A DNA stretch of 64,000 bases, taken from positions 416,001 to 480,000 of the forward strand of contig CAWDDT010000009.1 of assembly GCA_963801165.1 (NCBI GenBank), in the 5' to 3' direction. Below, piece after piece: positions 1 through 9,318 of the stretch. The first letter of the stretch is position 1. Each line of letters begins with the position of its first letter. The DNA is from an uncultured bacterium. Its GTDB lineage: Bacteria; Actinomycetota; Acidimicrobiia; Spongiisociales; UBA5794. A model generated the notes under the pieces. That model made no database searches. It had not been told where the DNA came from and saw only the letters and a list, made by a program, of their open reading frames with translations. The position numbers and the translations under genes are program-made.

Positions 1-20
1 GATTCCTCATTATTTCTAGC

Positions 21-115
21 CGGGTAGTGCATGGACCCCTCGTCCGGCGGGAGCCCGGCCTCGTATGGCAGCAGCCGTCGGTCGTGACGTTGGTCGACTA
101 TCGCAGTGGTGTCAT
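21..115 (-). pseudogene. Degraded 5' fragment of a dihydrofolate reductase/RibD-C-terminal family gene
   Basis: After GGAGGAG, the minus strand reads MTPLR*STNVTTDGCCH then, shifted by 1 nt, EAGLPPDEGSMHY. This resembles the family N-terminus (..LRYSINVTLDGCC..) commonly found after ArsR-SRPBCC pairs. Confidence 0.55.
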
Positions 116-149
116 CGAGATCTCCTCCTGGATGCGGCGGTCCAGCTGC

Positions 150-620
150 TCACGCCACCACCCTTTTCGCCAGGAGCGCGTCGAGTTTGGCGAAGCTCTC
201 TTGCCAGCCCGCCTCGGTGGCTCGGGTCACGTGCGCCGGTAGCCATTGCCGGACCTCGAGGCGGGTGCGCCCGTCGGGCTCGTCGTAGAACTCGAACCGG
301 AACCGTGTCTCGAACGGTTCGAAGCCCCCGGGCAGGTGGCCACCCACGCGCATCACACCGTCGAGCACCTTGCCGTCGGCTACGTCGGTGAGGTCGATGT
401 GCACCTCCGCCCGGATGGACGGGTCGTCGGGGAACACCTCGACAAAGCGTTGGGAGCCGCCGGGTCGGACGTCGAAGTGCATCTCGTCGAGCGGCCGCAC
501 GCTACCGGTCGGCCCCCACCAGGCCGCCAGCTGCTCCGGGTCGGTGAAGGCCAGGTAGACGAGAGCCCGTGGCGCATCGAACACGCGTGTGATGGAGAGG
601 TCGGGTGGTTCGGTGGTCAT
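150..620 (-). CDS. SRPBCC/AHSA1-like domain protein
   Basis: LSITRVFDAPRALVYLAFTDPEQLAAWWGP, FDVRPGG and terminal GWQESFAKLDALL; start re-placed at ATG 620, coupled to the ArsR stop. Confidence 0.9.
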   Translation of the reverse strand: MTTEPPDLSITRVFDAPRALVYLAFTDPEQLAAWWGPTGSVRPLDEMHFDVRPGGSQRFVEVFPDDPSIRAEVHIDLTDVADGKVLDGVMRVGGHLPGGFEPFETRFRFEFYDEPDGRTRLEVRQWLPAHVTRATEAGWQESFAKLDALLAKRVVA

Positions 621-967
621 CAGTTCTCCTTTTCCTGTTGCAGAGTGGCAAGGTGGGCGTCGAGGCGGTCGAACGACGAGTCCCAGAACCCTCGGAATCG
701 CTCGATCCAGCCGGCCGCCTCCCGGAGCGGCGCCGCCTCCAGGTGGCTCCGCTGCCACTTCCCCTCGCGCGAGCGGGAGATCAGAGCGGCGGCCTCGAGC
801 ACCTTGAGGTGCCGTGACACCGCCGGCATCGAGATCGGCAGCGGCGCTGTGAGTTCGGTCACAGTGGCGTCGCTGCGGGTGAGCTCGGCCAGGATCGCTC
901 TGCGGCTCGGGTCGGCCAGCGCTGCGAACACGACGCTGAGTTGGTCATTGGCGGCCATGCCCATCAT
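620..967 (-). CDS. ArsR/SmtB family transcriptional regulator
   Basis: VFAALADPSRRAIL...MPAVSRHLKVLEAAALISR winged HTH; typical pairing with SRPBCC. Confidence 0.92.
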   Translation of the reverse strand: MMGMAANDQLSVVFAALADPSRRAILAELTRSDATVTELTAPLPISMPAVSRHLKVLEAAALISRSREGKWQRSHLEAAPLREAAGWIERFRGFWDSSFDRLDAHLATLQQEKEN

Positions 968-1252
968 TTAACCACCTTGTGAAGTGTTCTGTCAAGGAAA
1001 GGTCGGCCCTTCTCGGAAGAGCGCGACGGCTGGGGCGAGTCTGGAGGCGGCAATCACTCGTTCGGGCGGGAGCATCGTGGCTCAGCCACTTGGCGGGACG
1101 ACAACGAGAGAAGCCAGGATCTGTTCAACTTCCTCTGCCTCGAGAGAATGGAAGTCTGCGGTGAGTGAACCGCATGCGGGGTCAAGGCCATCCAGATCGA
1201 TAAGGGAAACGCAGTTGGACTGTCGGTGTGCGGCCTGCCGCGTTGAGTCGCT

Positions 1253-3790
1253 TTAGCCAGCAGCCAGGGGGTAGTGAGCTTCCGGGATTGCGTCAGTGAT
1301 GACGAACGATAAGGCGGGGTTGTCGGCCTTGTACATCGTGACGTCGCGGCTCCCGATCACGGCGATCCATTGTCCGTCTGCTGACCAGGTTGCCAGTGGG
1401 TAGCCGTTCTCGTATGTCGCGATCTGGCGGGTAGAGCCCTTCGCTAGGTCGATCGTGTACAGGCTGGCACTGGCGGGGGTGCCGTTGAGGTCGGGGTCTT
1501 CGCCGTAGCCGATGAGCAGTTTCGTACCGTCCGGCGAGATGGCTGGTAGAGGCATCGTCTCACTCGGGATCGACGGCCCGCCCACTGGCCGCCAGGTGCC
1601 GTCGCCGGGACGTACTACGGCGCCGCTGGAGCCGCCGATCCATAGGTCGCAGCTGTATTGATTCTCGATGGCGCACACCCGGCGTACGATGGTGTCAGCT
1701 GCGGTGGCGATGGCGCGACCCGGCCCAACCTCAGTGACGGTGCCCGTGGCGTCGACGAGGATGACCTGTTCGGAGCCGGGCTCGGTTGCCCAACCGTCAC
1801 CGGTGTCGACGAGACGTTGGGTGTTGAGCACGAGCCCGGCGTCGGTGGCGCCTGCGGGAAAGGCGTTCGGCTCCACGTCAAAGGCAGCGAGCCGGCGACC
1901 AGTTGGCAGTTCGAAGAGCTCTACCCGGGTAGGAACGTTGACGGTTCCGTAGGCGGCTCCGGGTTGGACAACCCAAAGCGCATCGCCGTCTGGAGTGGGT
2001 ATGACCCGCAGGGCAGGAGCGAAGCTGGAGGCAGGATTCGACTCGGGACGGATCTCCAGTTCGGGATCGGTGAGGTCACTGGTGAACACGTACACAGCCG
2101 GCTCACTTGTCCAAACGGCGAGTTGACGGTTCGGAGTCAGAACAGCGCCTTGGGGTTGCGATCTCCACGCTGCTGTGTCGCCGCTGAGGACGGTTGTCGT
2201 CGCTGCGGCTAGATCGACCACCGCCGCGTCGGCGGTGGTTCCCTCAGCCGTGAATATGGTTAGCGGGACGGATTGCTCGACCTGAAGTGGTGTGACTGAG
2301 GGCAATGCTTCGGGTTCGTTGATCACCTCGCCGGTGTCGATGCTGAGCCGTACCTCCTTGGAGCCCTGAAGGAGCACAACCGTGTTGTTTTCGATGGCGG
2401 CGATCCGGGAGAAGGGAAGGTCGGTTGCCCATCGCACCTCCCCGGACGCCGGATCTATGGATACGATGTAGCCGGTCGGTGTCGCGGCCACGAGCAAACC
2501 GCGGCCCGGGTCGGAGGCGAGCAGGCCATGAGAAAAGCTCTCGTCGCTGTTGACATCTACGACCCAGCGCCGTTGCCCGGTTGCCGGGTCGAATCCGATT
2601 ACATGCCCGGTATCGGCTACGCCGACCTGATCGACGTAGCGGGGCACGTCGAGGATCGCTACTGCATCGTCGAACACCACAGGGTCTGCCCATTGCAGCG
2701 ACGTCGCCTCATCGCCGTCGGCTTCCCACAAGACCGTCCCGTCGTCGCCGTCGACGGCGAGCAGACGGGGAGCGGCGGTTTCGCCCTCACTTTCCGCGTC
2801 GACGCTTAGGTACCAGACCTCCTGCGTCGAATCACTTGCTGCGCCGACGATTGTGAAACGCTCCGGCAGAGGTGTTTCCCAAAGCCGCTCGCCTGTTGTG
2901 ACGTCGAGCGCTGTCACCGGCCCTCCTGCCGATGTTGCGAGGACCCGTTTGCCGTCCGTCCCCAACAGAATGCTTGTGTTCCCTAGCGAAACATCCCAGC
3001 GCGGCACCAGCACGTCGCGGCTCCACGCCGTCACCCGACCCGATGACCAACCGTTGGCGGTGACGACAACATCCCCGATCGTGAGCGGTCCGAAGTCTCC
3101 GGCATAGCCAATCCATGGCGTGTCGGCGATCGCCGCATAGCCATCGCCGATGGCGATCGGCACGATGTCGAACCCGTCGACAGCATCAGGGTCGATCTCG
3201 GTAACACCGGTGATGTCGAGGACGAGGAACTCATCTGGCCTGCAGACGAGGATCGAGGATTCGGTGGCAGCGACAAGCGCACCCTTCTCATTGACAGCTC
3301 CATGGTTCTGGGAATCGCCCGGGCAGGTTTCCAACGTCAGTGTGGCGTCGAAGCTGTCGGCGCTGAGGTGAGCCGACGTGCGATCAGTGGTGATCTTCAC
3401 CGGGGACTGCACCATTCCAGTCGGTACGAGCACGGCAAACCTGCTTCCGTCATCGAGCCCGATATCAAACACATCCGATCCGCCATTGATGGTGCGAGGA
3501 ATCACCAACACCCCGTCAGGTGTGGAGGTTGTCGTTGACGGGATGGTCGTGGATGACGATGGGGCGGTGGATGTAGGCGGCAGGGTGGTGGGAACAACAC
3601 CGGCTTGGTCCTCACCGGGTCCTCGACCTACCCAGGCAGCGACAAGAATGGCGATGCCAACAAGCAGAGCGGATGCGACACCTATTAGCGGCCCGCGGTG
3701 ACGTGGCGGAACGAACTCGGGCACATCGACGTGATCGAACACGCCGGCAGCTTCATCCGCAGTCTGTTGGATCCGATCGTCGAGGTTCAT
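1253..3790 (-). CDS. Membrane-anchored putative anti-sigma factor with PQQ-like beta-propeller and a second TolB-like propeller
   Basis: ATG 3790 (MNLDDRIQQ) overlaps the sigma stop (ATGA); short cytoplasmic N-terminus, TM helix, Thr/Ser/Pro linker, repeated ALD.TTGE.LW / AVD...G.VLW / DP.TG..RW units, C-terminal ISPDG/WSADG repeats. Confidence 0.75.
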   Translation of the reverse strand: MNLDDRIQQTADEAAGVFDHVDVPEFVPPRHRGPLIGVASALLVGIAILVAAWVGRGPGEDQAGVVPTTLPPTSTAPSSSTTIPSTTTSTPDGVLVIPRTINGGSDVFDIGLDDGSRFAVLVPTGMVQSPVKITTDRTSAHLSADSFDATLTLETCPGDSQNHGAVNEKGALVAATESSILVCRPDEFLVLDITGVTEIDPDAVDGFDIVPIAIGDGYAAIADTPWIGYAGDFGPLTIGDVVVTANGWSSGRVTAWSRDVLVPRWDVSLGNTSILLGTDGKRVLATSAGGPVTALDVTTGERLWETPLPERFTIVGAASDSTQEVWYLSVDAESEGETAAPRLLAVDGDDGTVLWEADGDEATSLQWADPVVFDDAVAILDVPRYVDQVGVADTGHVIGFDPATGQRRWVVDVNSDESFSHGLLASDPGRGLLVAATPTGYIVSIDPASGEVRWATDLPFSRIAAIENNTVVLLQGSKEVRLSIDTGEVINEPEALPSVTPLQVEQSVPLTIFTAEGTTADAAVVDLAAATTTVLSGDTAAWRSQPQGAVLTPNRQLAVWTSEPAVYVFTSDLTDPELEIRPESNPASSFAPALRVIPTPDGDALWVVQPGAAYGTVNVPTRVELFELPTGRRLAAFDVEPNAFPAGATDAGLVLNTQRLVDTGDGWATEPGSEQVILVDATGTVTEVGPGRAIATAADTIVRRVCAIENQYSCDLWIGGSSGAVVRPGDGTWRPVGGPSIPSETMPLPAISPDGTKLLIGYGEDPDLNGTPASASLYTIDLAKGSTRQIATYENGYPLATWSADGQWIAVIGSRDVTMYKADNPALSFVITDAIPEAHYPLAAG

Positions 3791-4305
3791 ACTTCGTCTC
3801 CCAGCCAGCCGGCGAGACGCCGCTTTGCTCGCTTGAGGTGTGTGCGCACCGTCTCCACGCCACATCCGAGAACCTGGGCCGCCTCGTCGTGAGACAACGC
3901 CGCGAAATAGACAAGCACCACCACCTCGGCCTGGCGCACCGTCAAACGACGGATCGCGTCTCGCACCGCGATCGCGTCGGCACTGATTGGCGGTGCGTCG
4001 TCGTTCCGTCCCATCCGAACCAGAGCCCTGCCCTCGGCGGCGAGCCTGCGGAAACGAGACACGGAGCGGTTGGCGACAACCTTCCGCACCCAACCCTCGG
4101 GGCTGTCCATTTGCGACACCTCGCCCCATCGCCTGAACGCTGCAGTGAACGCCTCCTGGGTGAGTTCCTCGGCGGTCGTCCGGCTGCGGCACAACACATA
4201 GGCGAGCCCGAGTACCTCCCGGTACTCGCGCCGATAGAACTCACCAAACGCCGGGACAGCCCGGACGACAGGATGCTCGCTCACAACTTGCAGGACAGTC
4301 GACAC
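3787..4305 (-). CDS. ECF RNA polymerase sigma-70 factor (copy 1)
   Basis: Region 2 AEELTQEAF...W, region 4 RQAEVVVLVYF...ETVRTHLKRAKRRL; probable leaderless GTG at 4305. Confidence 0.9.
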   Translation of the reverse strand: MSTVLQVVSEHPVVRAVPAFGEFYRREYREVLGLAYVLCRSRTTAEELTQEAFTAAFRRWGEVSQMDSPEGWVRKVVANRSVSRFRRLAAEGRALVRMGRNDDAPPISADAIAVRDAIRRLTVRQAEVVVLVYFAALSHDEAAQVLGCGVETVRTHLKRAKRRLAGWLGDEV

Positions 4306-4309
4306 ACAA

Positions 4310-4343
4310 AGTACATCGCACCAACCACCACTAAATGGGGACA
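4310..4343 (-). promoter_or_regulatory. Predicted autoregulatory ECF promoter TGTCCCC-N15-GTGCGATGTACT
   Basis: Same motif and identical spacing recur upstream of the paralogous sigma at 13585-13618. Confidence 0.6.
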
Positions 4344-4490
4344 ACCGATCGAGACGATAGGAGCCTGTGGGCAGCTCACCCAACGAGCCTGGAACCTGAT
4401 TTGGTCCGATCGACCGCCAGTTCAACCAGAAGGAACACCCCGGCGACGGCAAGCCACAACCGGGACAACATCAACGAGGGCAAAACCACC

Positions 4491-4570
4491 GGCCGCCAAC
4501 GGGCAGAACCGTTGACCATCAGCCGGCAGTCACATGGCCGCCAACGGGCAGAATCTCATGGCCGCCGAGA
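4491..4570. mobile_element. Isolated IS21-family-like terminal repeat array (relic end)
   Basis: ~23-bp periodic units; GGCCGCCAACGGGCAGAA exact at 4491 and 4536, ending TGGCCGCCGAGA; no istA/istB nearby. Confidence 0.6.
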
Positions 4571-4907
4571 TCATTGGTTGAGTCACATCAGCGAGTTTGA
4601 CGAGCAGCGTCCCGGCACGGATTACTGAGCCGGCGTTTGAGACTCCGCTGAGGCTGAGCGCAACATCGACCCCAAGTCGCTGGGCATCCGAAGCGGACCA
4701 TCAGTTCGAAGTCACGCTCAGAGAGGTCATCGACAATCGCCATTTGTTGGTGCCCGCTCGGGGTGCCACACCACCAAGTGGGGAATCTCGTCTACTGCCG
4801 GAAGTCCCTCCGTCCGGAGGCGGGCGTCCCGGACGAGATTCTGTCCGGCCGGACCGCGGAGCGTCCTTGTTGCCCGCAGTCGGCGGGCATACGGTTCCAG
4901 GAAGCAG

Positions 4908-6212
4908 ATGTGGAGCGACAGAAGGAAGAGGCTGATGGCAAGAGCCACGACACCAGTTGAGCCTGCCGACGGCAAGGTAGTCGGAAGAAGTGCGATCCTC
5001 ATCTTGATTGCCCTCGCGGTGCTCTTCACCGCGATTACTGCGTCCGCGGCGTCCGCTCAATCCCCGGGGCTCGTCGCACGCGGCACGGTTGTAGACAGCG
5101 ATGGAACCCCGCTGCCCGACATAAGAGTGATCGCGTACTTCGTGAACAGCCTCAGCGATGGTGAAGAGGAGTGGATACCGTTTGCAGAGACGACCACACG
5201 CGCACGAGGTCAATTCAATATCCTCCTCGACAAGGGTGACGTCGCAGTAATGGACGATCTGGATGGGTTGACCAAGATCGGGTTCACTGCCGCCAGCGCG
5301 GACGGGGCCGGTTCCGCCATTTATGCGACCTACTTCGATAGTGATGATCTCCGCAACGGCGATTGGACGCTGGGCACCGCCGATCCAGAGCCCGACGCTT
5401 CCACCGCGGCTCATCTGAACCGAACCACGGCTTTGCCCGGCCGGGGCCAGGGCGCCGAGCTGGAGCTCGTCGTGACACCAGATTCCTCGAGTAGCTCGGT
5501 ATCAGCCGACGGTCTCGTTGCGACTGCAAGCATCCCAGACGGGTCGTACTGCTGGAACCTCTACGGCTGGGGCCTCGCGGACTGGTCGCTCCTCTGGAGG
5601 AATGCGACTGCCACCGTGACGAAGGCAGACGTTCGTTCTGGCTATGCGAAGACCACGCAGGGAACAGGGGTGTGGACGGTCTCGAATCAGACATCTACGA
5701 AAATGGAGATCGGCTACAAGTACGGAAGCTCGTACGGCGGGTCGATGGGATTCAGCTCACAATCGACCAACTCGAGCTCGGAATCGATCACGATCGGTTC
5801 CAGCAAGAACGTCTACATTAACCAGGAGATGGATTACCGCTTCCAGGTTCTCTACTGCCAGCGAAAGATGAGTGGTGGTGTGGTGGTCGAGGAGCACCCG
5901 ACGGCATACTCGCGTATGTATCCGACGCGGTGGACCGGGGGTACCAGCTTGACAGCGACGTCGCGTGGCAACTTCGCAAGCCAGTACGAGACCAAGCATG
6001 CTGGCGATGTCACTGTGACCAGGAACGAGGTGACGACGTGGTCAGGGGGCATTAGCATCGCCGGCCTCAGCCTGCGCAGTCAGCAGACTTTCAACACAAC
6101 GCACTCCATGGTCTACCGGAAGAACTCGGGATACACCAGACAAGTTCTCAGAGGAAGCAACGACTACGCCATCTACGCAAACGAGGCACAGCAGATCGGT
6201 CATTCCTCCTGA
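4908..6212 (+). CDS. Secreted protein with Ser/Thr-rich beta-strand C-terminal domain
   Basis: Signal peptide ending ASA-SA, GTVVDSDGTPL carboxypeptidase-regulatory-like motif, alternating S/T-hydrophobic strands; paralog at 7493-8368. Start uncertain. Confidence 0.7.
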   Translation: MWSDRRKRLMARATTPVEPADGKVVGRSAILILIALAVLFTAITASAASAQSPGLVARGTVVDSDGTPLPDIRVIAYFVNSLSDGEEEWIPFAETTTRARGQFNILLDKGDVAVMDDLDGLTKIGFTAASADGAGSAIYATYFDSDDLRNGDWTLGTADPEPDASTAAHLNRTTALPGRGQGAELELVVTPDSSSSSVSADGLVATASIPDGSYCWNLYGWGLADWSLLWRNATATVTKADVRSGYAKTTQGTGVWTVSNQTSTKMEIGYKYGSSYGGSMGFSSQSTNSSSESITIGSSKNVYINQEMDYRFQVLYCQRKMSGGVVVEEHPTAYSRMYPTRWTGGTSLTATSRGNFASQYETKHAGDVTVTRNEVTTWSGGISIAGLSLRSQQTFNTTHSMVYRKNSGYTRQVLRGSNDYAIYANEAQQIGHSS

Positions 6213-6287
6213 CTTTGGAAAGAGATGGCGACATCGGCCCCCCAGCAGTTACCGGCTGTGGGGCCGCCCGCCGAGAAGGTGTCAACC

Positions 6288-6884
6288 ATGACCGAGAGTG
6301 CATTGCGCAGCTCCAGGGCTAGAGCGCTGACGATCTCGATAGCGCTTGTGATTGCAGCGGCGCTGTTCTGGGGTATGTCGGCGATGTTCGGCTCACCCTA
6401 TTCAGATGGACCGCTGTCAGGTATGGAGGGCATCCGGGAGGCCGTGGCGGATAACACAGGTGAACCGCTCCCCGCAGGTCAGTTGTTGACATTTGGCTGC
6501 CAGGTACTCGAGAACGAGTCACCCGACCGGCTGGTCGTCGAGGACGTCGCGCTTGTCTTTGGGTCCGCCGGACTCGAACAGGTGGAGGGTCCGCTGTATT
6601 GGTACGCGGACGGATCGCCTCTCACCTGCACCGACTTCGGCCTGCCCTCGGCGATCTTGCCAGATCTCGAGCCGCCACGACCCGATGGGATGCCGATCGA
6701 CCCTGGCGACATGTTGGCGGTGTTCTTCGGCCTTCGCTATGACGGCACCGACATCGCCGAGGTAATCGGACACGATGTGACCTATCGACAGGGGGAAACA
6801 GAGTATCGGGAACGGTTCTTATCGGGAGTCAGCGTGTGCCCGGTCGTCGACCCATGCCCGTTCCCTCCAGCCGAGTGGCCATGA
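6288..6884 (+). CDS. Membrane-anchored hypothetical protein, partner of the upstream secreted protein
   Basis: N-terminal TM, DGPL motif, L.NES, I.PG, V.Y..G.TEYR shared with 8388-8972. Confidence 0.7.
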   Translation: MTESALRSSRARALTISIALVIAAALFWGMSAMFGSPYSDGPLSGMEGIREAVADNTGEPLPAGQLLTFGCQVLENESPDRLVVEDVALVFGSAGLEQVEGPLYWYADGSPLTCTDFGLPSAILPDLEPPRPDGMPIDPGDMLAVFFGLRYDGTDIAEVIGHDVTYRQGETEYRERFLSGVSVCPVVDPCPFPPAEWP

Positions 6885-6915
6885 ACACACCGGAAAAGAG
6901 GCCGGCACAAGGTGA

Positions 6916-7500
6916 TCAGGGAGGTCCGAGTTCGGTTTCGAATGCAGCGATTGCTTCGTGGCGATCGCTGGTGCCGGCCTTGGTGAGGGCACTCTGGAGG
7001 AGCCTTCTCACATGCCGGTCGCTGTAGAAGGTGTGTTCTGCCGTCTCGCCGATCGATCGACCAGACCGGAGGTGCCACAAGACGGACCGCTCTCCGTCGG
7101 TGAGCGAAGGGCTAGTTCTGGACAGGCATGCAGCAAGTATCCCTGCGGGTACCACTATCTCACCTCGTGCCGTTGCTGCGATGACATCCACGATCGATGC
7201 CAACGACGAGTCAACGTGAGCGACGCTGGCGCCCAACAAATAGAGACGACGATACGTAGCGATTTCGTAGACGTCGGTTAGAACAGTGACGCCAATGCGT
7301 TCCCCTGCTGGCGCATCGACCCGGTCCCAAGCCTTGCGGTTTGGGCCGAGAAGGCCGATGAGGTCGACATGGGGCTGGTCGGTGCCCGCCACCGCGACCA
7401 AGCCGCGCTTGTCCAGCTCCGCGGCGAGACCCTCTCCGAGTGCGGCGGGAATGCCCGAGAGGACGACGGGCGTGGGCACAAACAACTCCTCCATGGACAT
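6916..7500 (-). CDS. LuxR-type HTH regulator with degenerate receiver-like domain
   Basis: C-terminal LTDGERSVLWHLRSGRSIGETAEHTFYSDRHVRR; no clear phospho-acceptor motif. The ORF-track extension to 7965 is antisense to another gene. Confidence 0.75.
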   Translation of the reverse strand: MSMEELFVPTPVVLSGIPAALGEGLAAELDKRGLVAVAGTDQPHVDLIGLLGPNRKAWDRVDAPAGERIGVTVLTDVYEIATYRRLYLLGASVAHVDSSLASIVDVIAATARGEIVVPAGILAACLSRTSPSLTDGERSVLWHLRSGRSIGETAEHTFYSDRHVRRLLQSALTKAGTSDRHEAIAAFETELGPP

Positions 7501-8368
7501 GGCAGCTTCAGGCAGGCAAGCGTACCACTTCGTTCCAGTAGCGGGTGTTCCGCCCGCGCAAACGGAGGATTCGACGGCGACGGACGCCACGAACCAGCTC
7601 AGTTCGCCGCTCTTCGAGGGAATCGACGCTGGCGGGGTCGGGGAGCCGGTCGTGATCCAGGTCGGAGGCGGAGCTATCGATGCCGCCAAAACAGATGGCG
7701 TGGCCGCAGGGGAGGTTCCCGGATCAATGGTGGTCAGCGAGACCGCGGCTGTGGCTAGCCGGTCGTTGTCCTGCCGATCGATACCGGGTTCTATCGAGTC
7801 CCCTGGCTGGGCGTATGTGGGCGAGGTATCCGCTGTTCCCGGCGGACGTGGCGACTTCCAGTATTCGAACGGCGCGTCCTCGTCACTAGGGGTCGGCTTC
7901 AAATGGTTGCTGGGGGGTTCCTGGTCGCAAGGGGGAACCTCGTCCAAGAGCTCGACGGTGACCATTGACTATGCCTCCACGACTGGTAGCCGTCTGTTCA
8001 AGACACAGTTCCAGTATCGGTTTTGGGACATTGAGTGTGACGACTGGTTCAGTCCGGGCATATACGAATGGGACCACTCTGAGCTCCGACCTCACGCATT
8101 CGTTGGTGGTGCGGCCAGTTCGTCGCTATATCCAACGACGTTGACTTAATGCACACCCTATGAGGCAGGCTCGACGTTCACCCGGAAGAGCAGCTCGGCC
8201 ACAACGTACAGCGCTGGCATCAGCGTCGCCGGGGTGTCTCTGACTGCGAAGACCGGGTTCACGACTACCGCTAAGGTGATTTACACGTTCACCGAGGATC
8301 GGAACCTCTACGGGTCCAACACTTGGCCCACGACCTCCAAGCGGCTTGGTTCTCGCTATAGGGTCTAG
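7493..8368 (+). pseudogene. 5'-truncated paralog of the 4908-6212 secreted protein with an internal TAA
   Basis: TAA at 8147-8149, then 72 further in-frame codons (TTYSAGISVAGVSLTAKTGF...LYGSN) aligning with TTWSGGISIAGLSLRSQQTF...LRGSN of the paralog; no signal peptide. Confidence 0.75.
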
Positions 8369-8387
8369 GAGTTGAACGGTCCGAGCT

Positions 8388-8972
8388 ATGGAGTCAAGAC
8401 GTGAGCGGTCGCGCAGTATGAGTTGTTGCCGCTTCGAACGTCCGGTTGTAGGCCGTCGGGGTCAATGGTTCTGGCCCCGACGGCTGGCTCTTCTAGTGAC
8501 GTTGATTGTGCCCGTCATAACGGGGTGTGGCGGCGCCGGCCCTCATGCCGACGGTGACGGCCCCTTGACGTTTGCTCCAGGCGAGACGATCACGGTGGAG
8601 TTTGACAGCTTCGGTGAGGACGCCCTGGTTGTCGGGTCGTTCCTGCTGACGAACGGCGCGTCTGAACTCGTTCGGATTTCTGAGATTACTCAGGCGGTTG
8701 AATCCGACTGTGTCCCGACTGTGTCGACGTGGCGGGAACCGATTGATCATGTGACCGGCACGGCGCGGGCGCGGGTAGAGGAGATGCAGGTGGCGCCGCT
8801 GCAGGGAGCCGCCGCAGCGGTTCAGCCGGGGGAGACGGCACCGATTCTGTTTGCTTTCGGCCGGAATGACTGTCAGAAGCAGCAGACAACTCACTACGGT
8901 CCGGTGACCGTGGATTACTCCGTCGGCGGCACAGAGTATCGCGGCGTTTATGAGTTCTTCATCGATCTTTGA
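8388..8972 (+). CDS. Putative lipoprotein, partner paralog of 6288-6884
   Basis: Lipobox-like VITGC; stop codon supplied by the IS end, native tail (HW*) at 10196-10204. Confidence 0.7.
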   Translation: MESRRERSRSMSCCRFERPVVGRRGQWFWPRRLALLVTLIVPVITGCGGAGPHADGDGPLTFAPGETITVEFDSFGEDALVVGSFLLTNGASELVRISEITQAVESDCVPTVSTWREPIDHVTGTARARVEEMQVAPLQGAAAAVQPGETAPILFAFGRNDCQKQQTTHYGPVTVDYSVGGTEYRGVYEFFIDL

Positions 8973-9039
8973 CGTGAGCCCCGGATAGTGGTCCACCTGC
9001 TGTGGGAGTCCCTTACCCTTGATTGGGAGGATGAACACA

Positions 9040-9318
9040 GTGAAGCGACATCGACACACACCTGAGCAGGCGGTGCGTAAGCTCCGTGAGGGCGAGCGCC
9101 TGTTGAATGAGGGCAAAGACCTGGCCGAGATGTTGCGGCATCTCGAGATCGCCGAGTCGACTTGGAACCGGTGGCGGAGCCAGTACGGCGGGATGAGTAC
9201 CAACCAGGCGAAACGGCTCAAAGAGCTCGAGTCGGAGAATGCCCGGTTGAAGAAACTGCTGGCTGAAGCGGAGTTGGACAAGGCGATGTTGAAGGAGTTG
9301 GCCGAGGGAAAATGGTGA
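9040..9318 (+). CDS. IS3 transposase OrfA
   Basis: [16 protein letters not shown] and leucine zipper [18 protein letters not shown]; slippery GGGAAAA near 9306-9312. Confidence 0.88.
   Translation: MKRHRHTPEQAVRKLREGERLLNEGKDLAEMLRHLEIAESTWNRWRSQYGGMSTNQAKRLKELESENARLKKLLAEAELDKAMLKELAEGKW

Noticed and set aside
3791-4192. Long N-terminal extensions in the ORF track (also 45041-45769, 46083-46589, 60812-61084)
   Set aside because: They overlap neighbouring real genes; true starts lie at stop/start overlaps or motif-supported positions.
4491-4570. Short direct repeats as a mini CRISPR array
   Set aside because: The intervening sequence is itself a degenerate repeat unit, period is ~23 bp and there are no cas genes; fits an IS21 end.
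8147-8149. Programmed stop-codon readthrough
   Set aside because: TAA is not a Sec/Pyl codon and the gene is also 5'-truncated; decay is simpler.
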